Assembly: GCF_006345805.1 (NCBI RefSeq)
Contig: NC_043007.1
Location: forward strand, 8,184,001 to 8,248,000
Direction: 5' to 3'
Origin: Octopus sinensis
Taxonomy: Eukaryota
DNA length: 64,000 nt
Below, in pieces: positions 1-12,590 of the stretch. The notes beneath the pieces were generated by a model. The model had not been told where the DNA came from and did no database searches. It saw only the letters and a program-made list of their open reading frames with translations. A program made the translations under genes and the position numbers. Numbering within the stretch: the stretch's first letter is position 1; each line of letters starts with the position of its first letter.

Positions 1-1317
1 CATTAGAGAAAGAAACCTAATTATTTCTTGTAATAAACATGTCTAAAGCAAAATGTTTTCATGAACCCCCACTAAAATACTACTTTGGATTCCCAGTTTT
101 ACTATTTTGCTTGTGTGGATCCCCAAAAATCTTATATGGATCCTCAGGGGTCATATGGACAGCGGTTGAGGAACACAAAGTTATTGAATGAACTGAATCA
201 ATGTATAAAGGATGATATATGTTTTGAGTTCAAATTCCGGCAAGGTTGAATTTGCCTTTCATACTTCCAGGGTCAATAAATTAAGTATCAGTTGCATACT
301 GGGGTTGATCTAATTGATTGGCCCCTCCCCCAAAATTTCGGGCCCTGTGCCTAGAGTAAAAAAAGAAAAGAATGTATAAAAGATGATTAAGCCTTCTGTC
401 AGTATGCATACCCTTAATGTAATTCCCAACACAGAGTCAGTGTGTGTAACAAAGGTGTGCCTGGTGAATTGTAGGTACCATTCACTCAGTAGGCTTCTCT
501 GCAGTTTCCAGTTACCCAATTTCAATCACAGTGTAGGTTGCCTTGAGGCTGTAGAAAATGATACCATAACGAGTGATTAAACTGAAGATTAAAGACTTAT
601 GACTTAAACATCTTACCCATTCGGTCATACTGCACCAAACACCACTCTAATTACAACATTAATAGAAGTTTTAATTTAGTTATTAAAGAGTAAAGTTAAT
701 TAAATGAATCTCTCAATATTAACTGTTATTTCTATTCCTTTCCCCCTCTGTGCCCCTTTCCCCCCCTCTCTCCTGTATTTTTGTATTCTTATTCTCTGCA
801 TCTGCTTTCAGCTTTCCATTGCTGTCTTCTTTCTTTACTCAATGCTGCCTTCTCCCCCCCCCATCTCTTTCTGTCCTCTTCCAATCAGCTGTTGTACACC
901 TGAGTGCAAGAAGCTCATTATTACCTCCGCCTTAGCAAAGGTCAGCGTATTGTTTGTTTGTTTGTTTATCTGTGGACAAGATATCTCAAGAACCGCTGGG
1001 TGGATTTGGATGAAACTTTCAGGGATGTTTGGCCTCGTGACTGGCATGAACTGATTAAATTTTGGGATCGATCTTGTACCAGGCAAGGATTCTAGATTAT
1101 TTGTTATATTTACTTTACATGATGACGATCTTACGTTCACTTTCAAGTCTTTCTCAATTATCTCCCTTTAAGCTGTTTCTAAAGTTTTATTTTCGTTTCT
1201 CTATTATTAATTTTACTTACATCTCTGTCTTAGTAGAAACTGATGGATAAAGAAATCAAACTTCATAAACAGACAGCGAAACCGTTCAGAAATTAAATAA
1301 CATATTTTTATAATATT

Positions 1318-2561
1318 ACTAGCATTAAAGACCCGTTGTTGCTGGGTCATAGTGCTAGTGCATGTATATATGTGTATATATATATATATGTGTACATATT
1401 ACATGTACATCTATATATATATATATATATCTACACATAAAATACAAAATACAAAGTTATATCTTGATATCGCTAGTGATAACAATACTCAAAATATATA
1501 ACAGACTGGAATTGTTAGCCCGTCTCTTGTAATTTCGATCAATTGTATCTTGTCCTCCCTCTTGTATAGAAGTGTGGCTACAATCCAGCCTACCTCTACT
1601 TGGGGTAGGGGGTGCGCATTTAAAAATTTTTTCGTGGACGTCCTACATCCCAGATATAAAGGTAAAAATAAAATATTTCCACTTTGCAAGTTCAAGTCGA
1701 GTACTCCCTTGCACACTCCGTTGACTCGAACCTTGCTTCTATTGTGGCGAATCTACCGCCTCTGATTAGATACCTTTCATAGTCGCACCAAGACACTTTT
1801 CGAAGGTGCTTTCCTCCATGTGTTCAAATCTTCTTTTTTCTCTACATTGTATACTTTATAGACAATAGTCTTTTCTTTAATTTAATTTTTTATTATCCAT
1901 CTGGACTATTCCATTTCTGCACGCTAATTTTATTTTTAATTTATTCCCATTCATGTGAAACCACTTGTTCAAGTCATTGATGCAATTTTATACACATTGC
2001 TATTTTTACTTTTGTTGTTACGATTATATTATACTTTAGTTTGATTTTAATTATTACTCACTACATATAATCCAATTGTTATTATTATTTTTATTGTTAA
2101 AGTGAAAATATCTGACATAAAATAGAGAAACGTTTTTGTTTCGCTTTTAACACATAATGGCGGTGCCCCAGCATGGCCACAGCTCGTGAGCTGAAATTAG
2201 AATCAATCAATCATAATACTGAAATAGTGGAGAAGATATGATATTGCTATGGGCTCGCTCTAGGCAAGAAGTTGAACATTGTTTTTGCCCATGAAACTAC
2301 ATGGACCCTAAGTAAGACATGTGTAAAATTTGAATGGAATTGGTTGTGTAGTTCTCAAGTTTTAGGGGATCATAGTGGAGAAGATATGATATTGCTATGG
2401 GCTCGCCCTAGACAAAAAGTTCAAAATTTTTTTTGCCGATGACACTCCCCAGACCCTAAGTAAGGCATGTGTAAAATTTGAATGAAATTGGTTGTGTAGT
2501 TCTCAAGTTTTAGGGAAACACACAGACAGACAGACACACATTCTCAGTTTTATATATATAA

Positions 2562-2565
<4 letters not shown>
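1318..2565 (+). mobile_element. Helentron/HINE (DINE-1-like) non-autonomous element
   Basis: 5' ACTAGCA..GACCC..GGGTC..TGCTAGT hairpin (1318-1359). 3' end has an (ACAG)n tract then CTCAGTTTTATATATATAAAGAT. Internal ~147-bp tandem duplication at ~2224-2516. Confidence 0.6.
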
Positions 2566-2606
<41 letters not shown>

Positions 2607-3044
2607 TACATTAGTCTAAAGCAACAAGAATACTAAAAGAAGGCCAGAATTTAAGAGAAGAGAAAACCAAAAGGTCTCATGCTATTTATTTAAAAATTCC
2701 TGAGTAGAACTTATTATTGTTAACTCCACCTTTGAAACTACTTTGAATGGTGAATTTGTTAACTTTGGCTTGTATTAGATAAGGATAAATTATTTATTAC
2801 TGTTAGTAAATTTTCTTCAGCAACTTTCACATTCCTTGACTATCATTGGGATCAGTCAGGTACCAGACAAAGATTCTGGAATATTTTTCTGGACTTTTTA
2901 CTTAATTTTTGAGAGCAGTCCAGTTCATTTTTAGTATTCTATTTTGTGTGAGCAGTCGAGTTTATTTCAGATATTTTCATTTTAAAAGTTATGGAGATTT
3001 ACTCGCATAGCAAGTGATTTGATCTGAGATCGTGTGCTGGAACG

Positions 3045-3339
3045 AAAACAATTGCAGCGTGGAAGGTGTTTGTAAGTCATTTAAGAAACACACAAAAGCC
3101 GTTCGATTCACTTCAACATTGAAGTTTAATTTGTCAAAATATTTTCGTCGCTATAAGACCGCGACCTGTTCACTGACAAAAATCCGTGCTGCATCTCTGT
3201 CATTTTTGTCAGTGAAGAGGTCGCGGATCTTAGCGACGAAAATACTTTGACAAATTAAACTTCAATGTTGAAGTGAATCGAACGGCTTTTGTGTGTTTCT
3301 TAAATGACTTACAAACACCTTCCACGCTGCAATTGTTTT
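3045..3339. repeat. Foldback palindrome / MITE-like element
   Basis: Near-perfect inverted arms of ~138 bp (3045-3183 and 3202-3339) around an 18-bp spacer. Confidence 0.85.
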
Positions 3340-3652
3340 AAAAGTCATCTCTGGCTAATCATTGAGAGGACATTGGAGTTGCCTTGGAGAGGTTTGCACT
3401 CTCTGAGTGCTCTTGTTGTTGTTGGTGTTGTTGTTGCTGATGCTGATGCTGTTGCTGTTGTTGTTGTTGTGTGGCTTTTGCTTTGTATTTGTACAAGTTG
3501 ACTCCATGTCTCACCTAGAGACCACAAGAGACAAGAAGTTAGAAGTTCAAGTCAGTGTTATGACTAGGGGGTCATATTTTTTGTTTTGTGTAGAGTATTG
3601 ATCTAGAGAATGTCTGTCAAAATATAAGGAAATTATTATTGTATTATTGATG

Positions 3653-3790
3653 GGCATGGCTGTGTGGTTAGGGAGCTTGCTTCCCAACTACATGGTTTCG
3701 GGTTCAGTCCCACTGCGTGGCACTTTGGGTAGGTGTCTTCCACTATAGCCCCGAGCCGACCGGAGCTTTGTGATTGAATTCGGTAGGTGG
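3653..3790 (+). mobile_element. tRNA-derived SINE, 5' part
   Basis: A-box-like TGGCTGTGTGG and B-box-like GGTTCAGTCCC; matches other copies in the window. Boundaries approximate. Confidence 0.7.
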
Positions 3791-3894
3791 AAGTTATTGC
3801 CGTGTGTGTATATGTGTGTATAGCTGCTCAGTGCCTCTCCGAAAGAGAAAGAGGGTTTGGTTCAGGTTCGATCTTATTCCTGGTAGGAATTATG

Positions 3895-4500
3895 TGGATA
3901 GCAGATTACTACCTATAACCTTCGGTATCCACACGTTTTTGGCAATCTTTCAAGTGCTTAGCACCTTCCTGATAATCCTTGCTGTCCCTACAAACTTTCT
4001 GTAGGAGCTCTACCAAGCATTCTATTCCAATCTCCTTCAGTGATTTGTCTATATCTTCGCTTACAGTTCTCAACACACCATTTATTATAGGTACAACCTT
4101 CACTGTTCGCATATTCCAAATTCTTCCTATTTCAAATTTTAAGGGATTGTATGTTTTTTTTAAATTTTTCTTCCTCTTTCTTTTCGATCCTGGAATAAAA
4201 ACGGACATGAAGGATCGATAAGTAAGCAACTTTACTTTTCCTTATCTATAATCATTACATCTTCGTAATGCCCATCTGGGTTTGATAGGCATTCTCCAGA
4301 GCAGCATCTATCCAATTATTAGTGTCCTATCATCATCATCTTTGTGATTTGGATTCTTGTGATCATTTTATACCATTTTCTTGATCCATCAGGTCCTTCC
4401 AATCAAATGTCTTGGTGCTTCTTTCCCAACTATCATCCTTCATATTCACCACTTGGCTGCACCAGTTCAGGATTCTTTCTTGCAAACCACATTTAATTTC
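3895..4500 (-). mobile_element. Degenerate Dong/R4-clade (RLE-type) LINE, 3' fragment
   Basis: LKFEIGRIWNMRTVKVVPIINGVLRTVSEDIDKSLKEIGIECLVELLQK resembles the C-terminus of the RLE domain. Frameshifted; boundaries approximate. Confidence 0.7.
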
Positions 4501-7435
4501 ACTTATTCTTAACTTTTCTCTTGACTTGTCTTCCATCATTCATATACTCTCATCATCATCATCATTTTAACATTTACTTTCCCATGCTTGCATTGGTCCA
4601 ACAAGACTATGTTGGGGCAGAGTTATTCTGTGGTTTGATGGCCTTCAAGGTTTCAATTCCCACATATCTCCCAGCAACGTAACAGTCCCCTAAATGATCA
4701 AAATATGGACAGCCTGGACATTGTTGTGCAGAGAACAGGAAAGAAATGATGCTGCTTGAATGCATTTTTTATTTACAAGGATCATGCAACATGGCAAGAA
4801 TCGCAGCTGTACACTTGTGGTTGACTGGAAGCAAACTGCTTGGCTTGTAAGGGCAGCAATGCAACCATTTATGCAGACAAGAAATCCAGGTGTAGACAAG
4901 CAGAAGTACAAACTCACTCACACAAACACACTTATAAATATTGTCCCTCTTTAGAATTAGTTGATAGTTTTTGTTACCTAGGTGACAAAATTAGTTGTAG
5001 AAGGAATGCTGCTAACAAAGAGTTTTTCTCTCAGAGTGAAAGGCCAAATGTACCAAGCGCTACGTTGCATCCTAATGAAACATGAATACTGAATGTGAAG
5101 TATGTGCAAACGATGGAAATAAATGAAGTAAATATACTCCTTTAAATATGTGGTTCAAAAGTTCACTTCTGAATCACATGGTTAAGGGATCTATTCCACT
5201 ACTCAACAGTAGCCTGAAAGCTTTAGGGTTAAAGTCCTAATTAAAATTTTGTTAATTAAAGTTTTGCTTTTTGTCAATGCGCATATCTAGACCTGTGTGC
5301 CATCAGAGGGCAAAGAACCACTTGATTCTACAAAGTGGTCCACTGCTATACACCAAATAGAGAGCGCTGTGACTATATACTATATAACAATTCTATTCTA
5401 TACAAAATAGTTAAATACTATGCAGCCATTCACTGCTCTACAGCAAATAATAATGGTTTCTAACTTAGAGACAAGGCCAACAATTTTGAGGTAGTGGTGG
5501 TCAGTGAAGGAGAATAGTGAATACCATTGACTCTGTTTTATCAACCATCAAAAGGCTGAATGGCAGTGTTGTCCCTTGTGGTATATGAACTCAAATGTTA
5601 AGAGCCTAAACAAATATTGCAGGGCTTTCTTATTTTTTTCTGCTACTCTTCTGATTCTGCCATTCTCTGTCAATTTACCGTTAATGATGTTGAAAATAAT
5701 GCAAATGACTCCTGTTTACAAGTCATATTAAGATCCAGAAAGGCGTGGGATGAGGTGGTGAAGCTTGATCTTTGGATGTTTCATGGAGAGGATGACAAGT
5801 GATCAGGACCTTTGGAGATTTGCTTGAGAAGTTTTGTCAAACCAAGTGGAATTGTAGTCATGGCCAGTAGTGGTGACATGAGGAGTGGTTGGCATTAGGA
5901 AGGGCATCCAGCCATAGAAACTAAACCAAAATCAAATGACTGGAGCCTGGTGCAGATCTCTGGCTTACCAGTTCCAGTCAAACTGTCCAACCCATGCCAA
6001 CATGGAAAGCAGATGCTAAATGATGATTAAAATTAATTCTACATTGAAAAAGGTGAAAAATCTCATTCTAAAATTCCTGTTGATTCCTGTATTTTCTTTG
6101 CATAAAATCGTTAATCTGTGGTTATTAGAATTAATGATTATTGATGAAGCTGTGGCATTAAGATATTAGTGTTTTAGGAAGAGTCATTCCTTTTGAATTA
6201 AAAAGATTGTCATTTGGAAATTGTGCTCCCAAGATGTTTGTTTGAAAATGGATTAAAAACAATGTAATGACAATTAACTAATGAAGAAATAGCAAAAGAA
6301 TACACACACACACACACATTCATCCATTCATACAGGGAATCACCTTTATTTAGTACTATTGGCTTGTATGTGTGTGTTGTGGGCTTAGTGAAAGTACACC
6401 AACTAATTTCTAGTTGTTTTTAGTCAGCCATCACCTGTGAATAAATATGTCTGGACACCATCCTCCATCATCCGATGCTCATTACTTTAAGTGCTTCTGT
6501 AGTTGCCAGCAGGCAGAGGCACCTCCTCCTGCATCTCAGTTTTTGACCCAGAGACACATCTTGGATATATGACAGCTCGAGGAAGGCAGACATGCAGAGC
6601 AGCACCAATGGCTGGTACTCATTATCAGCTGAAGCTGGAGCAGCATAAAATAAAGTGCAGGAATTGAACCCACAACATAGTGATTATGAGTCAGACACCC
6701 TAACCACTGGTGTACATTCTTGCATGAAATCATGTTCTTTATTTGCAACCCATTTGAGGATGGTTGATTGGCAGAATTGCCTTTCATCCTTTCGGGGTCG
6801 ATAAATTAAGTACCAGTTATGTACTGGGGTCGATGTAATTGACTTAATCCCTTTGTCTGTTCTTGTTTGTCCCCTCTATGTTTAGTCCCTTGTGGGCAAT
6901 AAACAAATAAGAATTGTCAAAGCATCAGACGAAATACATTTTGGCATGTACAATCCTTTATGTTCTGAGTTCAAATCGTACTGAAGTTAACTTTACCTTT
7001 CATCATTTCTGGCTTGATAAATACAGGAGTTGATGTGAGATTGACTGACTCCCTGCCATCACAATTGCTTGCAGTGTACACATCATCATCATTTTAAAGT
7101 CTACTTTTCCATGCTTGCATGGGTCAGACAGACTTTGTTGAGGCAAATTTTCTATATCTGAATGGGCTTCGTCCCATCAACCAGCAGCTGTTTCTAAATA
7201 AGCTAATATTTCCCCATAACTGTAATGCTTGTTTATAATCATAACTTGATGTCAAACCTGGCTGTGCTCACACACACACATGTATATACATATGGGCTCA
7301 TTTCGGTTTCCGTCTACCAAATCCTTTTACAAGACTTTACCTGGCCCCTACTATAGTAGAAGACACTTGCCCAAGGTGCCATGCAGTACAAGTGAATCTG
7401 AAACCACATGATTGGAGACCATGCAGCCACAATCA

Positions 7436-10400
7436 TCATCATTTAGTGTCCGCTTTCCATGCTGGCATGGGTTGGACGGTTCAACTGGGGTCTGGGAAGC
7501 CAGAAGGCTGCACCAGGCCCAGTCTGATCTGGCAATGTTTCTACGGCTGGATGCCCTTCCTAACGCCAACCACTCCATGAGTGTAGTTGGTGCTTTTTAC
7601 GTGCCACCGGCACAGATGCCAGACGACGCTGGCAATGGCCACGATCAGATGGTGCTTTTTACGTGTCACCAGCACGGAGGCCAGGCGAGGCTGGCAACGG
7701 CCATGATCAGATGGTGCTTTTTACGTGCCACCGGCACGGGGACCAGTCTGGGCGGCACTGGCAACGGCCATGTTCGGATGGTTCTCTTATGTTCCACCGG
7801 CACTGGTATCACAGCTACAATTTCCATTGTTGTTGATCGATTTTGATTTTGATTTTCACTTGCCTCAACAGGTCTTCACAAGTAGAGTTTTGTGTTCCAA
7901 GAAGGAAAGGTATGCATAAGTGGACTGAGGCCACGGGTTATGGTCTCACTTGTCCTGCCGGGTCTTCTCACGCACAGCATACTTCCAAAGGTCTCGGTCT
8001 CTTGTCATTTCCTTGGTGAAACCTAAAGTTCGAAGGTCGTGCTTCACCACCTCATCCCAGGTTTTCCTGGGTCTACCTCTTCCACAGGTTCCCTCAACCG
8101 CTAGGGTGTGGCACTTTTTCACACAACTATCTTAATTGTAGCTGTGATACTAGTGCCGGTAGCACGTAAGAGAACCATCCGAACGTGGCCATTGCCAGTG
8201 CCACCCTGACTGGCCTCCGTGCCGGTGGCACGTAAAAAGCACCATCCGATCGTGGCCGTTTGCCAGCCTTGTCTGGCACCTGTGCGTAAAAAGCACCCAC
8301 TATACTCACGGAGTGGTTGGCGTTAGGAAGGGCATCCAGCTATAGAAACACTGCCAGATCAGACTGGGCCTGGCGCAGCCTTCTGGCTTCCCAGACCCCA
8401 GTTGAACCGTCCAACCCATGCTAGCATGGAAAATGGACGTTAAACGATGATGATGATATCTTCATCCATTCTCGCCACATGACCATACCAGCGCAAACGT
8501 CTCTCTTGCACACCACAACTGATGCTTCTTAGGTTCAACTTTTCTCTCCAGGTACTTACACTCTGTCGAGTATGAACACTGACATTACACATCCATCGGA
8601 GCATACTGACTTCATTTCTTGCGAGCTTATGCATATCCTCAGTAGTCACGGCCCATGTTTCACTGCCATGTAGCATGGCTGTTCGTACACATGCGTCATA
8701 CAGTCTGCCTTTTACTCTGAGCGAGAGGCCTTTTGTCCCTAGCACAGGTAAGAGCTCTCTGAACTTTGCCCTGGCTATTCTTGCTCTAGCAGTTACACTT
8801 TCAACACACCCGCCCCCGCTACTGACTTGGTCTCCTAGGTAACGGAAGCTATCAACTATTTCTAGTTTTTCTCCCTGGAAAGTGGCAGAAGTTGGTCTCA
8901 GAGCATTTTCAGTGTTTATTGTTCCTGAGCATCTGCCACATACAAAAACTATCTTCCTAGTTAGCCTTCCCTTGACGTTGCTGCACCTCTTATGTGTCCA
9001 TAGCTTACACTTGGTGCATCTTATAGAGTTTCTACCTATGCCTTTTCTACAGATCAAGCAGGGCCATCTACCTGAAGGCGTTTGTGACTTGTCTACCTTC
9101 CTACTTATTAGAACTTTGGTTTTAGCTAGGTTGACTCTAAGGCCCTTCGATTCTAATCCTTGCTTCCACACCTGAAACTTCTCCTCCAGTTCTGATAGTG
9201 ACTCAGCAATTAGAGCAAGGTCATCAGCGTAGAGGAGCTCCCAGGAGCATCCTGTCTTGAATTCCTCCATTATTGCCTGGAGGACTATGATAAATAGGAG
9301 GGGGCTGAGAACTGAACCTTGGTGGACCCCTACCTCTACCCGGAATTCTTCACTACTCGTTGCCAACCCTCACCTTACTAGCAGCATCCCTGTACATGGC
9401 TTGCACAGCTCTCACTAACCATTCATCTATCCCTACTTTCCTCATTGACCACCAGATAAGGGATCGGGGGACCCTGTCGAAGGCTTTCTCCATGTCAACG
9501 AAAGCCAGGTACAGGGGCTTATCTTTGGCTAGGTATTTCTCCTGCAGCTGTCTTACCAGGAATAGGGCATCAGTGGTGCTTTTCCCTGGCACGAACCTAA
9601 ACTGCATCTCATCTAAACTGACTCTCTCTCTATTTAGTTGGGCTATGACCCTCTCCGTAACCTTCATTACTTGATCCAGCAACTTGATACCTCTGTAATT
9701 ATTTGTATCTAGGGCGTCACCTTTACCTTTGTAGCAGTTGACTATTATGCTGCTACACCAGTCATTGGGTATGACTCCTTCGTGTATCACCTAGTTAACT
9801 ATACGGGTGACTAGGCTATAGCCGACACTACCAGATATTTTGAGCATCTCTGCAGTAATTCCTGATGGGCCTGGGGCTTTCCCTGTCTTCATGCTTCTAA
9901 TTGCCTTAACTACCAAGGAACTGTCAACTCGGATAGCTAGTCCCTCTGTTGGGTCGACATTCGGCAGACTCTCTTTATCCCATTCATTTTCTTTATTCAG
10001 CAACCTTTCATAGTGGCATCTACAAACCTCTCTCTTTGCATCCTCATTTAGCACAAGTGAACCATCATCCATGCGAACACATTTCTCTCCTACAACATCA
10101 CGATTCTCTCTCGCACACTGTCTTGCAACACGAAATACCTCAAGTCTTTGGTCCTCACGGCACAGAACATTGGCAATTTTTTTCTTATCTGTTTCCCCTC
10201 TGGCTAAATAAACCTGTCTCCTAGTTTTTCTTTTGGCAGTCTGATACAATTCCCTGCTACCCCCATTCTTCCAGTCCTTCCAATCCTGTCTCTTTTCTCT
10301 AATAGCCCTGTCTACAACATTGTTCCACCACCACGTTATTTTGGGTCGAGAGGGAACTTTGCATCAGCCACAGATCTGGTCAGTGGCTCTCAACAGGTTG

Positions 10401-11235
10401 TCCCTTAGAATCCTCCAGTTGTCTTCTACCCCAAGTGAAGCTATATCCCTTTCTACTTCGTCAAAGGCTTCAAGTAATATGTCCCTAAATCTCTGTCCAT
10501 TCGCAGGATCCTTAAGCTTCCAGATCCTTCTTCTCCATGTTGGTCGTCTTCTGGTTGTCCTCTTAGTCCTGATCCTAAAGTCACTAACTACCAGTCTATG
10601 TTGTGGGGTACATTCTTCACCCGGGAAGGTTTTGACATTTATAAGCAGCCATCTTTCCCTTTTCCTGGCAAGGATGTAGTCGATTTGGCTAGTATGTCAA
10701 CCCGATCGGAAGGTGACCAGTAGGTTTCCTGAAGTTAGTGTTGCAAACCATAAAATCATTTGCATTGCAGAACTCCAGCAGCTTGGTTCCCTCCTCATTG
10801 CAGGAACCATAACCATAGCCTCCATGTACACCATGGAAGCCCCCAGCATGTCGTGCAACATGCCCATTGAAATCACCAGCTGCAAAGAGAAGGTCTCTGT
10901 CGTTCGTCAACGAGGTAGTCTGCAGTAGGGCGTCATAGAATTGGTCTTTCTGTCCATCGGGTAGCCCCGGCTGAGGGGCATAGGCTGATATAATGGTTGC
11001 TAATCCATGATGAAGCACTAATCTAATCTTAAGTATTCTGTCACATACTCTGATTACCTCAATTATCTTATCTACCCATTTTTCAGCGAGAAGTATACCC
11101 ACGCCCCCAACCCCGTCAGTGTTCCCTGCCCAGAAAATCTTGTACCTGTGTTCTTTGCCTGTGAGGAACTTAGCAGAACCTCCTCTCCACCTTACTTCTT
11201 GGATGCAACATATATCAACACAAATTATTTGCGTG
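7436..11235 (-). mobile_element. Near full-length RTE-clade LINE, disrupted
   Basis: APE (VDICCIQEVRWRG..SAYAPQ..GDFNGH), RT (NYRGIKLL, FVDMEKAFDRV, GVHQGSVLSPLLF, LLYADD), 3' UTR with ~60-bp repeats and a (GAT)n tail at ~7430. Contains stops, a 2-nt frameshift near 9355 and an insertion at 8134-8457. Confidence 0.9.
8134..8457 (+). mobile_element. 5'-truncated copy of the same RTE family inserted antisense into its own host
   Basis: 3' UTR in + orientation ending GATGATGAT. Flanked by a direct repeat ATCTT (8129-8133 and 8458-8462). The empty site matches the second RTE copy near 16940. Confidence 0.8.
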
Positions 11236-11778
11236 TATGTATGTGTTATAAGGATTATTGCCTCTGACCCTTGCAAACCCTTCAAGACCGGTGAGCTTGA
11301 TGCCATTAATGTTCAGTTTAAAATGTCGCTGGTTAACACCACAGCCCAGACATGATCTAGGAAGAAAGGGCTGATGCTCAATGAGAAACTAGGCATAGTT
11401 GTTAGTGTAGCACCTTGTAGCAGGAAATGGTTTCTTCAAGAAGGATAATGAAAGGAAGAGAGATAGGAGTAGATTGGGCATGTCTGAGTGGGTGGAGGTA
11501 CAGCTTTGAGAACAGACATCATCATAATAACAGTAGAAAAGATAGAGACAACGTACTAATTGGTCTGAGGCCAGAAGATGTCCATTAGTGATTGGATGTT
11601 ACTTAATTGTTTAGTGTTTGCCATTTAATGAATTAATCATTTAAGTTATTCATTCATTTCACTGCAACTACAAAATGCAACCCAATATTATTATTATTAT
11701 TATTATTATTAAACTGATTATGAGTCTCCCGTGTTAAAATTTCTTCTTATTAAGATACATCTCTTGATTTTTATTCAG

Positions 11779-11940
11779 ATAATGACGAAATCCTTACTTA
11801 TGAAGAGGTGGCACAATATTTGCCACAACCACACCGAAAACGCCCCATCGTCCTCATCGGTCCACCACGTGTCGGCCGTGTTGATTTGCGTGAAAGGTTG
11901 ATGGCAACGGATTACAATCGCTTTGCAGCTGCAGTTCCCC
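11779..11940 (+). CDS. MPP5: MAGUK p55 family Stardust/PALS1, coding exon (end of HOOK, start of GUK domain)
   Basis: Acceptor ttattcAG at 11777-78 and donor GTaag at 11941. Reads (D)NDEILTYEEVAQYLPQPHRKRPIVLIGPPRVGRVDLRERLMATDYNRFAAAVP(H), matching the MPP5/Sdt motif EILTYEE..RKRPIxLIGP..FAxAVPH. Upstream exons were not found in the window. Confidence 0.93.
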
Positions 11941-12590
11941 GTAAGTTGTCCAAAGTTTTATTAATATTAATAAAGAGGATTTCTCCAATGAAGGTCTTTG
12001 AACATACGTGCACGTGTTGAATGTTGTTGTTCACCTAAGTTCATGTGTGACTGTGTGGTAAGATGCTTGCTTCTCAACCACATGTTCATGTACACATGGA
12101 CATGTCCCAGGTTAAATCCCACTGCTCAGCACCTTGGGCAAGTGTCCACTACTGCAGTCCTGAGCTGACCAATGCCTTATGAATGGATTGGCTGGATGGA
12201 AACTGAAAGAAATCCATCGTGTGTGTGTGTGTAAGCCGTAAATCTTCATCACCTACCATTATACACCATGCCAAACATGGTCAAAAGCCTTTTTAAGCAA
12301 AACAATCAGAATTCTTTGGCGCAGCAGTGAGTGTTTGACAAGGATATCTCCTCTCTGCAGTGCTTTTCAGCATCTTCCTGAAGAACATCATGCAGGAGAC
12401 ATGTCAAGACCTCCACCTCTGCTTCCATTGGTGGAGCACAGCCAATTTCCAGCCTGTGTTTTGCTGATGATATTGATCTGTTAGGAAGCAGTGAGGTGGA
12501 ACCACAAGAGCTCACCACCAGACTGAAAAAAAGGGTTAGAAGCATATGGGATTGATATGAGCCCAGAAAAGAGCAAGGTCCTGGTTAATA

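Noticed and set aside
1230-1295. Hammerhead-like CTGATGG...GAAACCGTTC
   Set aside because: The core is mutated and no stem I pairing is possible.
1-11778. Upstream MPP5 exons (SH3/HOOK)
   Set aside because: I found no spliceable segment with MAGUK similarity. They probably lie before the window, though a short exon could have been missed.
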